Position numbers and translations under genes: made by a program. Positions 39,038-51,773 of a DNA stretch of 64,000 nt are shown in pieces (position 1 is the stretch's first letter; each line of letters starts with the position of its first letter). The stretch is from the NCBI GenBank assembly GCA_963693365.1, contig CAVNZM010000004.1, forward strand, positions 8,221,093-8,285,092, in the 5' to 3' direction. Source of the stretch: Amoebidium appalachense. Lineage: Eukaryota > Protista > Ichthyosporea. The notes below the pieces were generated by a model. That model was given only the letters and a program-made list of their open reading frames with translations, did no database searches and was not told where the DNA came from.

Positions 39038-41086
39038 GATATAGAATTTACCGTCCTCATCCCCGTGTCCCCCTAAACCGGTGTTAGCAGACCTTTGAGG
39101 TTTTTGTGATTGGATTGGTAGTTCTATTACATTAAAATTTTCAAAATGTCGTTGTACCAATGATATAATACGTTGTAAAAAAAATGTCGCCGAATTTCTC
39201 TAAAAAAAGTGCGTTCCATTCTGGGTTAGAAACAAAAACCGTTTTGATACGGGAATCACCTGATCTCTGCCGTCATTCAGCCCAGCGTGTTCACAGTAGA
39301 CTCCGAAACCGCTGGTTTTTTTCTTTTTATTTCAAAGCCCCGAGTACGTACATCCTCTCGGGCCCAACTTTAGGGCACTATATTTCAATTTTCTCATTAT
39401 CAAATATATAGTTATTTTAGGCTTTTTCATTAGTACCGCAAGAATATTTAGCGATTTTGATGTCATAAAAACAACTAAGCAACGTTTCGATGGTTTTTGA
39501 TGCCTCACAAAATGGCCTTTGGTCCCCTCCAAATTCCGGATTTGAGGTCCGGCAAACAACGCATTATATATATTGATAATATATATATATAGGTAAAACT
39601 AATGGACTGGTATGAAGGTTTTTTTTTTTTTTTTTTTTTTTTAAATGCCCTTCTTTTTTATAATGATAATTATAATAATAAAAGCTTCTTTTTTAAAATA
39701 AAAAAAAGGCAATCGAGATATCACAAATATCTCAGTGATTAAGTGTGTGGGTCTTAGGATCGATCATTTAACTTCGAAATCTATTATGCATAGAAGACAT
39801 CCCGGGTGAGTGATATTGCAGTGCTGCATCAAGCTTTAGTATTGGCCATACAGTGAAATTCATATTCCTGTTTTCCTGCCCACTCGTTATAGCCCACAGA
39901 AACGTTCTCCAATGGTAGCTATGATGCCTCAACAAAGGCAAGTATATAATACTAGTTTCAGGAAATACCATTACTAAAAGGCAAAACACACCCCGTACAA
40001 TCAATGTCACAACGTACACGTGCACTGTGTTGATTGGCGAGGCGGGCCAGGACCCGGCCCGGCCCGCCGTTTTACACGCCTGAACCCTTGTTAGCCCCAA
40101 AACTGCCCTCATAGATCCATGGCCCTAGTACGATCTGAAAAGCTTCATCCAATGAAAATCGTTATCGCTCCCAATTAGGAAGGTGGGTTTCGGGCCAAAA
40201 AATGTTCCAACCTGATCGCTTTGGCGGTCTGGGTCGAACAGGAGCTTATTCGGGTACCGTAAAGAACCCGTTTTACGACCTTGACAGGATGAAGTTGATT
40301 GGCTTACGAAACGAAAAAATAAAGAAATATCATTGGTTTAGGCTGTATCACCCGCGTAAGCCACATGTCTGCCGCGTACAAAACCACGCTACACCAACAC
40401 CACACTATGTTCCTCTTTCCAGTTGCCGACCTTGTAGAAAGGTGTGTTGTTTGCTTGTGCGAGTATTTCGGTTTTTGCAATTGTTGTGTGCGAGTACTTC
40501 GGCTCTTTTTGCTATCTCTGCGAGCGTGTTTGGTTGTGGTTTTGCAGCGTGCGAAAATGGCGGATAATTCGTTCACAGGATCTCATCACGGTCGCACCTA
40601 TGTTTTTCGGAGGGAAGATGCAGGAAGCTTCCAGTACGACTGTTTTTTTCGAAGCATCGGTACCACACGTGCTGCTGCATTTGGGCAGGTTTTGCAAGCG
40701 GCTCAAAGCGATGAAGAAGTGCGTTCGCTTCTTGCACCTGAAATCTTCGTGCAAAAAGATGTAAAAACTTTTATTTCCCGTCAACACCATGGTGCTCTTA
40801 ATTTACGTATGTCCTTCTTCATTTTTGGCCGGTTATAGAAACTACAGCAATACCTTGTTTCCTCACATACTAGTGTGTCAAACTCGGAACACCAAAGGCT
40901 TGTGTATTCTTTACCGGCAGGCTGCAGGTGCACCATAAGTCCGACAGCACACCCACCACATTAGTATAGAAGGTTGCAACATTGTTATGTCATTCTATAT
41001 ATGGCACGTGTGAACAAGAGAAAATAAAAATAACAGCCATTCCGTTCACATACTGTATTATGCTTACTTTCTTCCACCGCTACCCA

Positions 41087-41114
<28 letters not shown>

Positions 41115-41118
<4 letters not shown>

Positions 41119-41256
41119 ACACACACACCCCTTCCCTCCCGACACACACACACACACCACATTCACCATGCCCTTAGAGACACACACACTGACATACACT
41201 CTCAGAAACACACACACACACAGTACAACACATCATTACACACACTGTCGCACACC

Positions 41257-41313
<57 letters not shown>

Positions 41314-41470
41314 TACATTACACAAACGTACTTACCTTACACACACACACACACACACACACCTTACACACACATACACACACACACACACACACACCTT
41401 ACACACACATACACACACGTACACACACACACACACACGTTACACACTCACACACACCCACACACACACA
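41115..41470. repeat. Compound (CA)n microsatellite
   Basis: Interrupted CA dinucleotide runs. Confidence 0.95.
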
Positions 41471-41730
41471 GAGTGAGAGGTGAGAGAGAGGGGGCGATAG
41501 AGAGGTAATATATACAGAGACTCACAATTATTATATAACCAAACAAATGATGCTCATATACCCCTGGGTCTCAAAGTGACTCTGGTATAGCTTTTGACCC
41601 CCGCCCGGCTCGCAATCTGCATGCGAAGCTAATGCCCCAGTGTACATGATGGCACGACACTGTGGACGCTCTCCAAAAAGATCCGAAAGGATACTCGGGC
41701 ACACAGTGTCACACACACACACACACACAC

Positions 41731-42094
41731 TGTCGTATCCTAACGTGCGTGTATTAAGAGACGTGGCACTCTACTAAGTGTACACACACGGAAAGGAACG
41801 AACGTGTACTGAAAAACGGTAAAGTATATTAAGACCAGGCTCCGACGGGCAAACTTAGGTCCCAACGGAATGAGGCTAAGTCACAGTTGTTAACTGAGGC
41901 CATCAAGGCCGTGCCCTACAAGATCATCATCACCTGGCCCCCTACGATGCCACATTCCGTACATTCCGATCTACCTTTATCGTGCGCCTGCACGAGCTAA
42001 GTCGATCGGCTCACATTAATATAAATATCTAAGTCTCACCCCTCTCCCTTCCCCTTGTGGCACCGCAGAGTCTAATTCTACATTTCATACTATC

Positions 42095-42126
<32 letters not shown>

Positions 42127-42383
42127 TTTTCCTCTACATCGAAATATATATAAATACGTTTGGCAGCATATACTATCAAAACTTGCCAATATTTACAAAG
42201 GGCTTCTGCCCGAACTTATCACATTCCACAGTCCTCCTATGATCTATCCTACACACTACTAATTCTATTGGTTGGCTGCCCCGGCTGACGTGTTCCTGCC
42301 CTGCGCCGGCAGATGCAAGATGCACGCAGCTGTACAGCTATCTTGAGGCCCCGGACTTGATTTTGATGATCTGTGGACCCGGG
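41731..42383 (-). mobile_element. LTR copy A (inverted relative to B and C, truncated where copy B begins)
   Basis: Reverse complement of 42460..43106. Begins tgtcgtatcc, the complement of the ...ggatacgaca end of copies B and C. Strand is relative, since LTR polarity is unknown. Confidence 0.85.
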
Positions 42384-43106
42384 TGACATATACTAATCCG
42401 TCTCAGCAGATCAGCCTAAGTCTACGATCGAGATCCGGGGGGGGGGGGGGGGGGGGGGCGGGTCCACAGATCATCAAGATCAAGTCCGGGGCCTCAAGAT
42501 AGCGGTACAGCTGCGTGCATCTTGCCTCTGCCGGCGCAGGGCAGGACCACGTCAGCTGGAGCACTGGCAGCCGACCAATAGAATTCTAATTAGTGTGTAG
42601 GATAGATCATAGGAGGACTTTGGAATGTGATAAGTTCGGGCAGAAGCCCTTTGTAAATATTGGCAAGTTTTGATAGTATATGCTGCCAAACGTATTTATA
42701 TATTTCGATGTAGAGGAAAGCGGGGGGGGGGGGGGGGGGGGGGGGGGGGGATAGTATGAAATGTAGAATTAGACTCTGCGGTGCCACTAGGGGAAGGGAG
42801 AGGGGTGAGACTTGGATAAATATATTAGTGTGAGCCGATCGACTTAGCTCGTGCAGGCGCACGATAAAGTTAGATCGGAATGTATGGAATGTGGCATCGT
42901 AAGGGGCCAGGTGATGATGATCTTGTAGGGCACGGCCTTGATGGCCTCAGTTGTGACTTAGCCTCATTCCGTTGGGACCTAAGTTTGCCCGTCGGAGCCT
43001 GGTCTTAATAAACTTTACCGTTTTTCAGTACACGTTCGTTCCTTTCCGTGTGTGTACACTTAGTAGAGTGCCGCGTCTCTTAATACGTACACGTTAGGAT
43101 ACGACA
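42384..43106 (+). mobile_element. LTR copy B (full length, TG...CA)
   Basis: Starts tgacatatactaatccg and ends aggatacgaca, with imperfect 8-bp terminal inverted repeats (tgacatat / atacgaca). Colinear with copy C. No matching TSD (ccggg versus agcta). Confidence 0.85.
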
Positions 43107-43286
43107 AGCTACACCTTTTCTTTTAGTGCGGTTTTTCGCGCTAGGTAAACGCGGTGACAGTTTCTTCTGGGCTGTTGCTACACCTTAGAAACAAAACGGA
43201 AAAAAAAAAAAAAAAAAAAAAAAACACACAAAAACAACCACACGAGTAAGGGCACACACAACACCATAACTAAGTTCAACGTAGAT

Positions 43287-45423
43287 ATGTTCTACGCGTT
43301 GGCAGCGGAGGATAGCTCCCTGCACACACAGATACCACAGGTCCACACACTAGAGGTCAGACAAACCACAGCTTTCAGCTTCATACTCAAACACGACACA
43401 GAAATACCACGGTGGCTTAGGACACTCATAGCAAACACACCCACACTAGTGTTAGACACTAAGAAGGCCCCTACTGTGGCGGCCTCGTGCCTAATGATTA
43501 AGCAGTGCATCGACCACAAAACGATGGCCGACTTATGCACCCTCATAGAGGAGCACCCGTACAGGGCCGAGCAGGCCTGACATATACTAATCCGTCTCAG
43601 CAGATCAGCCTAAGTCTACGATCGAGATCGGGGGGGGGGGGGGGGGGGGGTGGCCCGGGTCCACAGATCATCAAGATCAAGTCCGGGGCCTCAAGATAGC
43701 TGTACAGCTGCGTGTATCTTGCCTCTGCCGGCGCAGGGCAGGACCACGTCAGCTGGAGCAGCCGACCAATAGAATTCTAATTAGTGTGTAGGATAGATCG
43801 TAGGAGGACTTAGGAATGTGATATGTTCGGGCAGAAGCCCTTTTGTAAATATTGGCAAGTTTTGATAGTGTATGTTGCCAAACGTATTTATATATTTCGA
43901 TGTAGAGGAAAGGGGGGAGGGAGGGGGGGGGGGGGGGGGGGGGAGGATAGTATGAAATGTAGATTTAGACTCTGCGGTGCCACTAGGGGGAGGGTGAGGG
44001 GTGAGACATGGATAAATATATTAGTTTGAGTCGATCGACTTAGCTCGTGCAGGCGCACGATAAAATAGATCGGAATGTATGGAATGTGGCATTGTAGGGG
44101 GGCCAGGTGATGATGATCTTTGAGGGCACGGCCTTGATGGCCTCAGTTGTGACTTAGCCTCATTCCGTACGGATCTAAGTTTGCCTGTCGGAGCCTGGTC
44201 TGAATAAACTTTACCGTTTTTCCGTACACGTTCGTTCCTTTCCGTGTATGTACACTTAGTAGAGTGCCGCGTCTCTAATACATACACAATAGGATACGAC
44301 AAGGCCCCCCAGGTGACGGCTCGTATCTACGAGCAGCAGTACGACGAGGGGAAAGACGAGATGGTGTCCCGGACGCTCGGCCAGAAACGTCTGGCCGCAC
44401 GATTCATCCCCGACGACGAGGACGAGAACAGCACCGACGACGTGGACGGTGAGCTCGAGGCCTTCACAAGGCCTGAGAACGAGCTCGAGTATACGGCCCA
44501 GCTCGTCGACCGATACCTGACGGCCGACAGGCGCCGTACCTTCAGGGCCCAGCTAAGGGAATGGAAGTATCATAACCTTCCCCACTTTAGATATGTCCCC
44601 CGTAGAAGCTCGTGCATTCTTTGAAGGGAATATCGGGTCTTTGAAGACCTTTGTGAGCTAGCTGGTGACGTGAGTGATAGGGAAAAGTTCGAGTTTGCTC
44701 GTAAGGCTCTCTCTGTAAACACAGACACTGCACGCATGTTTGAGGAGCATGATGATGTGGATGAGGTGGTGTTGCATGTTAAACGTCACTTGCTTGCCAT
44801 GCACGAGGTGAATGAAGTTCAATAAGAGGGATAGGAAGGAGGTGATGGAGGTAGACAAGAAAAAGAAGGAGAGTGGAAAGAAGGGGGAAAAAGAAGAGAA
44901 AGAGGGTGAACAGCCAGATGCACTCACCATGTTGGTCAAGCAGGTTGCCGAGCTCTCCCAGGCCGTCTTCTCTGGCCGAGGGGGCTTCGGCTTCCGGGGT
45001 GGCCGTGGCGGCGACCGGGGTGGACACGGCGGTCGTGGGCGCGGTGGACGTGGAGGACAGCAGCAGCAGTTCACCGAGAGGTTTGCCCCTTATCCTGCTC
45101 GTGGTGATGGGCAGGGTAGAGGGAGGGGTGGAAATGGTGGTGAGCATGGTGGCCATAGAGGTGGGTTCGGAGGAGAGCATGGTGGTAGGGGTGGACATGG
45201 AGGCCGTGGTGGGTTTGGTGCTGGTGGTGAGAGAGGCCGAGGGGGGCAGGGGGGAAGGGGGGGCCGTGGTGCACACGGTGGGCCCCCCCAGCATGACCGG
45301 GCTCCCGGTTATGCTTTGCGCCAAGGTTATGAAGTCCCCCCTGGCCCCTTCTTTGGTGCATGTTACTTTTGTGGCCGGCAAGGGCACTCTGCTGCATATT
45401 GCCGTAGTTACAAGGGCTATTGA
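43287..45423 (+). pseudogene. Decayed retroelement gag-like ORF interrupted by solo LTR C and frameshifts, ending in an RGG-rich region and CCHC zinc knuckle
   Basis: ORFs 43287..43577 and 44307..44624 fuse in frame. After small indels a helical gag-like segment follows (REYRVFEDLCELAGDVSDREKFEFARKAL, ~44626-44825), then ORF 44812..45423 with RGG repeats and CYFCGRQGHSAAYC (C-x2-C-x4-H-x4-C). No recognisable protease, RT or integrase downstream. Confidence 0.65.
43578..44301 (+). mobile_element. Solo LTR copy C with 5-bp target-site duplication AGGCC
   Basis: TG...CA termini, with aggcc at 43573-43577 and 44302-44306. Removing the LTR plus one TSD restores an open frame (..HPYRAEQA|PQVTARIY..). 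Confidence 0.92.
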
Positions 45424-46375
45424 GTTCCGGGGGAGGGGGAAGCTGGGGTCAATGAGGGAGGGGGGGGGACAGTATCGGTCCCCCCCAGGTTGCAGAGAAC
45501 CAGCTTCACCCTCCCCCACCCCAGGTTAAGCTTCCCTTTGCCCCCTCACCGCCCCGATACGTGTGGGAGCCGGGCATCGTCGTGGGTCCTCAAGACAGCG
45601 TCGAGGTGGTATGGCATGAATGTTTGTGGGGTGACTCTACCAAAGGTATGAATGGTGTGAATGTTTTGTGGTTGGGTGCTGCCCATACCCACTAACCCAT
45701 CACAACATCGTCCCAGCCGTATCCTGGGTAGAAGCAGAGAATACTGTATGCTTGAAAAGTGGACAGTTTTAGTCTATGTAATATCAGGGCGAATGTGGAA
45801 AAACCTGTTATTTGATCGCTTGCAGTGTCGTGGTTTGAAAAGGCCAGGAGGTTTTATGAAGGGCAGGAGCAGGGGGGATTTGGAAGCCTTAGGGGAGGGG
45901 GCCCATACCCACCAACTGGAGTAATATTCTATCATTTTGATTTTTCTAACGGTTCCTCCCCCCCTCCCCCCCCCCCCCCCCCCTCCAAAATGACAAGGCT
46001 CTAAAGCAAAGAGGTGGGAAGATTGGGATGGGAGCCCGGAGGAGGGGGAGGGGAGGGTGGGGGGGGGGAGGGGGAGGGGGTGAAAGGAGGCCGGCTACCT
46101 AGATCTAGAGTTTGCCCCCCTCCCCCCCCCCCCCCCCCTCTCCTCCCCGTCACCACCTTCACATCAAGTTAGCTACATCTCAAAGCTAACTAGCTTTGAA
46201 CCAAGCTGTCAAGATTACTCCGAGGGCAAGGCTTCATTTTTAGAATTTGCCCCCCCCCCCTCCCCCCCCCCCCCTCCTCCCCTTGTAACCCCCCCCCCCC
46301 CCCCTCCCCCCGTACCCCCGGCCCTCCCTGGGAGGCGCCCCCCCCCCCCCCCCCCCCTCCCCTCGTCTTTGGGAG

Positions 46376-46420
<45 letters not shown>

Positions 46421-47176
46421 CCCCCGCGGCCATGTTACTGAGCGACCTTTGGGACAAGCTAATTCTAGGGGTCAAGAACTCCGACGGAGGGCAGCAAGGG
46501 CTAATTGTTGGTAACTTCCTCAGTCTCCATCCCCCCTTCTCCCCCCCCCCCCCCCCCCCCCCCCCCCTCCCCAGTGCCCCCCCTCCCCAGTCCCCTCCCC
46601 CTCCCGGGCCCCCCACTTGACCATCTTGGGGACCCCCCGACAAAGTAAAGCCTTCAGTATCTATTATTAGGTTAATATGTGCTTAACAGGGTAGCAAATT
46701 CTCTAAGAAAATTGGGGAGAGGGAGGCAACTGGGTGACAGCTACCTGGCCAGGTCTTATTTCGGTTTAAACATTAATACGGGGCAACCCTCCCCCCCCCC
46801 CCCCCCCCCCCCCCAAAAAAAAACAAAACAAAAAAAAAAAAACATGCCCCCCCCCCCCCCCCCCCCCCCCCCCTCCCAGCATGATGACAGGTGTTACCCA
46901 ATCAAAATTAGCCAATTATCTACGTAGAATTTTTGGCAGGTGACTAACCATAAAACGTTAGTTTTGTCCCCTTGCTGACTAGATTTTTTGGCTGCAGCGC
47001 TGCCTGCAGGACATAATTAATTCTACAAAACAATATGTAAAAATTATAAGCATTCAGGAAATATACGGATAACTTAAACTAAAAAAGCGCTCCTAAGGGG
47101 TGATAACATTGCTACAAACTCAGCCAGTCCGAAAAACCATTACAACCCCCCTCCCCCCCTTTTTTTTTTTCTAACC

Positions 47177-47211
<35 letters not shown>

Positions 47212-47332
47212 ATCCCTCCCCCCTCCGCCTGCTCCCCCGGCCCGGGGTCCCGGGAGTACATCCTAGCTTTGGTCGGGGCAAGGACTCAAGGACTGCGAGG
47301 GCAACTGCAGAATTAATTTATTCGGATCCCAA

Positions 47333-47378
<46 letters not shown>

Positions 47379-48053
47379 TCCTCCCCCCTCCCTCCCCCCT
47401 CCCCGCCGTCCCCCCCTCCCCCCTCCCCCCACCCCGCTCTCCCTGGCCCCCCTCCTCCCTTCCCCCTCGAGCTCCCCGTCCCCCTCCCCCCCCCCCCCCC
47501 CCCCCCCCCCTCCCCTCCCCCTCCTCCCCCCCCCCTTCCACCCTCCACCCACCCACCCACCCACACGCACAGTAAATACACGTGTGGACACACACACACA
47601 CACATTCTTCTCGAATGATTGGAGGTACTGGGCAGTCAATGTCGATGTCGAGGCCAGACCATGGCCATGGCCAGCTACTTGAGATCTCTTAAATGCATTG
47701 GGGTTTACGCACTATTGCTACGGACAACATTAAGTATGATGGCGCAGCTTTCTTTTAGGGAACAGCTGGAACAGTCACTGTACTCAGTAGCTGTGCTCTT
47801 CACGCGCACGTGTCCGTGCAGAAATGGCATCACTGCGCGTCTCATGATCAGCTTTAATCGCACTTATTCTGTTAGTGGCCGCAGGCCGCGGATGTACCGA
47901 GGAGCAGGGGCTGCAGCTGGCCGCGCGGCGCGCCGGCGCAAGGCCACCTTATCTCAGGCGAGGCCTTCATGGGGCATCATGCATGTGCCGGCGCCTGCCG
48001 GCAGGCTGTACAGTAGCTGCCGGGCCCCCGCGCGCCTTCAAGTTCTCAGCAGC

Positions 48054-48068
48054 AACGTGGGCCACGTT
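48054..48068. promoter_or_regulatory. Palindromic double CCACG/ACGT site (AACGTGG-G-CCACGTT), ERSE-II-like bZIP site upstream of MANF
   Basis: Perfect 7-bp inverted repeat with a 1-nt spacer. It resembles ERSE-II (ATTGG-N-CCACG) with a second CCACG half-site in place of the CCAAT box. Confidence 0.45.
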
Positions 48069-48099
48069 TGCGCAAATGCGGTTGCTGTGGGCGTACATA

Positions 48100-48118
48100 C
48101 GTGGATGTATGTGATTGG
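48100..48118 (-). promoter_or_regulatory. ER-stress response element ERSE (CCAAT-N9-CCACG)
   Basis: Minus strand reads ccaat-cacatacat-ccacg, the exact consensus with a 9-nt spacer, 300 nt upstream of the MANF ATG. Confidence 0.7.
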
Positions 48119-48418
48119 CTGACAACTTCCTGGCTGTGTTTCGTGATATTCGGTGTAACAGCATCATGATTCCTGCAAGCGCAATCAAGGTAAATGCTTC
48201 TGGTGCCCTGCATATAATTTGTGTAAAAGATATCATTGGATAAAAAACCTTGAAAGTTAAAATATGTCGGCGCTCAGACAAACAATTTGGTTTACCTGTG
48301 GCACAAGCCGCACATAAACGGGCGCGCCAGCGTTTCATTTTCGAGAATCTACTCGGGACTTGCACTTGTAGAGAAACAATTCACCCCGATTCACCAAAAA
48401 CCTCTTTAGCGAAACAAA

Positions 48419-49166
48419 ATGAAGGCTATTTTGGTTGCTGTTATTGCTGCCTTTGCAGTGTTTACCGGCGCAGAGGCTAAGCTAAAGGAGGGAGAGTGCG
48501 AAGGTACGTCTATTGTTTTTTTCTACTGTTGAAAATCAAGCCCCCCCCTTTTTTTTTGCTGCACAGTGTGTGGCCGTTTGCTACGGAACATCTGTGCACA
48601 AAGAAGAGTTTCGGGGAGAGTAGGAGGAAGAGGAATGAACGGGAGGGCCTATAGATCAGTATGGGAGTTACACGGTGTAGGAGAAAAATCGTTTGTTTTG
48701 CCTTGACGTTGGGAAATTGAGGTTTGGAGGGTAGCAAATGGGGATTGGAGTGTTTAGGGCTGGGAAGGGGAAAGTTTTGGGAATGAAAAAGTAAGATTAG
48801 ACGGTTTCCTTGTGTTTATGATATCCATTATGCTAATGTGACTTAGGCTTATTTTTCTATACCTGCTTCTTATACACTCGTGCACCTGATCACGAGCAAC
48901 ACAAACGCATGCTTACATCGCATGCATGTGTGCGCACCCACACAAAACACCACGTATATACAATCGCAGGAGTGTGAACATCACACACACCCACACACAC
49001 GCGAGCAGACAGACATGTACACGAATAGAAAGATCACACACGTACACATTATTAGTACGTGTGAGCGAGTGTGTGTGCGTGTGCGAGCACACACACACAC
49101 ACACAGGTGTGTGAGACACGCAGACACACAGTTCGCATACTTGATACACAACGAAACACGGACAGG

Positions 49167-49245
<79 letters not shown>

Positions 49246-49650
49246 CGCGTGCGCGCACGTTCGTGTGTCAGTGCGCGCATGTGTGGTTTGCTGGTTGGGG
49301 TGGTTGGGGAGGAGTCAGAGAGAGAGGTTTAATAGTGACGAGACTAATTAGTGGGGCTCTCAGTGCGTATTCCCTCACACATACATAGCAGCCGCCTACC
49401 CACATGCACTGGTTCCCAGCATTCTTACTTGATAGGCTGGGTTGGAGGGGCCGGGGGGGGAGGGGAGGGGAGGAGAGAGAGAGAGAGAGGGGGGGGGAAA
49501 GAGAGAGAGAGAGAGCGAGAGGGGGATAGAGAGAAGGATAGGTGGGAAGGGGTAGAGGCAGGGGTAGGCGGATACGGAAAGAAATAGAGGGGGTTTCGAG
49601 CGGTAGGAAGGATCGTGTGTGCGTGTGTTGTGTGTGTGTGTGTATGTGGG

Positions 49651-49683
<33 letters not shown>

Positions 49684-50105
49684 AATTTTTGTCTTTCTCT
49701 GTCGCAGTACTGTCCCTCCCTACCTTACTTCCCAGTCCCCAGACTCTCGGGATGCATTTGGTGCCTCACACGATCTTTCCTTCTCTAGATATGGTTTGAA
49801 AATTGGGAACTGTGATCCCGTGAAGTAACTTCCTTTTCTTGGAGAATGGATTCTGCATGAATTGGTTCATCAGAACGTCATTTTCACATCCTGTTTTCTT
49901 CCCATATCTATGTACTAAAGGCTTCAACCCCCCTCCCCCCCCCCCCTCCCCCCTCCGCCAGTGTGAATGTAATACTCAACAACACCAAGTTCTAACCCCC
50001 CTTCCCCCCCCCCCTCCCTCCCCTCATCGAGCCCTTGCCAAACAATTGGATTCCATACATATTTATGTACGACAACTGTTCACTAGGCCATGTTCTGATC
50101 CCTCC

Positions 50106-50161
<56 letters not shown>

Positions 50162-50213
50162 CCCCTCCCCCCACCGAACCCCCTAATGATGGGCTGTGCT
50201 CAAGTGTCTTCTG

Positions 50214-50264
<51 letters not shown>

Positions 50265-50821
50265 GTATGTGTCAAGTGTGTCGGTGATCTGATCAAGTCT
50301 CTGTCGGCTGCTGACAAAAAGACGGAGGAGGGGATCGAGAAGGGCATTGCCTCTTTCTGCAAGGCGCTCAAACCCAACCAGACAAAGGAGGAGAGATGGG
50401 TATGTGTGCCTGTGTGTATGTGTGCATGTGTGCGTGTGCCCATGTCCTTTGCTGCGTGGGTGTTGGTGTGTTCAAGCGTACTTGTTTGTGCGGCTGGCGC
50501 AATGCATGTGGCTTCAGGCCCGTGTGAAGGAAGCAACCCCCTCCCCCCCTCCCCCCCCTCCCCCCGCCCCCTCCTCCCCTCCTCCTCCCTCCATCCTCCC
50601 TCCCCCCTCCCACCTACCCTGGCGTCCACCCACCTAGCCACACATCCCTTCTCCAGCTGTCATCAATACACCCAAAGCTTCTTTTTGCGCACGGATGGGG
50701 AAGAATGTTCCGGGGGGGAGGGGGGGGGGGAGGAGGAGGCGGGCATCGAGGGGTCACGGAAACTGCATGTCACCTTTTTCGTCATGTGCTGCTGAGATGT
50801 CCTGATTCGTCTGGTAGTCTA

Positions 50822-50877
<56 letters not shown>

Positions 50878-51258
50878 TTCCCCCCCCCTTGAGGACTTGA
50901 CACCCCACCCCGCCCACCCCTTTAGCTGTTTTGGTATGAAACTACATTGGTGGCTATACGTTCACCCTTTCTGGGATGTGCACGTACATACTACCCCTTG
51001 CTTTTTTTTGCTCATTCGCCATTTCCAGTGGTTGGCATCTAACACTGAGACACATCCATCCACCCACCCACACAGACACACGCACACACACACACACACA
51101 CACGCATGCACACACACACACACACACATGGGCACGTACACCCACAAACCAACACACGCATGCACACACAAGCACACACACACACACACACGCATGCACA
51201 CACACACACACACACATGGGCACGTACACCCACAAACCAACACACGCATGCACACACA

Positions 51259-51320
<62 letters not shown>

Positions 51321-51717
51321 GCTACTACATTGGTGGCAGTGAGCAGAGTGCCACCCGCATGCTTAAAGATGTGTCTGTCCCGGTTAAGAACGGTTTCCCG
51401 GCCGAGCGCATTTGCGAGAGGTTGGGCAAGACCAATGCCGCTGTGTGTGAACTCAAGTTTGGTAAGAGTGCCCCCCTTCCCCCCTTCCCCTCTCCCTCCC
51501 CTACATGCCCTGTGTGCACTGCAATCCGCTGTGTTGCCTGTCATGAATATATACTCTGTAACTACCCCCCCCCCCCCCCCCCCCCCCCCTCTCTCCCCCC
51601 CCTTCCCCCTTCCCCCTTCCCCCGGCCCTTTGTGTGTGTTTCTTTCTTTCCTCTCCTTTTCTTTCTCTCTCTCTCTCTCACTCACTCTCACTCACTCACA
51701 CACACACACACACACTC

Positions 51718-51773
<56 letters not shown>

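Noticed and set aside
38061-40128. ctagggcc…ggccctag as hAT terminal inverted repeats
   Set aside because: Only 8 bp match, with no 8-bp TSD and no transposase between them.
42384-44301. LTR B + 470 bp + LTR C as a TRIM/mini-retrotransposon
   Set aside because: LTR C has its own TSD on both sides and interrupts an ORF. No PBS or PPT is evident and the outer flanks do not share a TSD.
45424-46660. Possible pol remnants downstream of the gag-like ORF
   Set aside because: No protease, RT, RNase H, integrase or tyrosine-recombinase motif is recognisable, and the region is broken by C/G runs.
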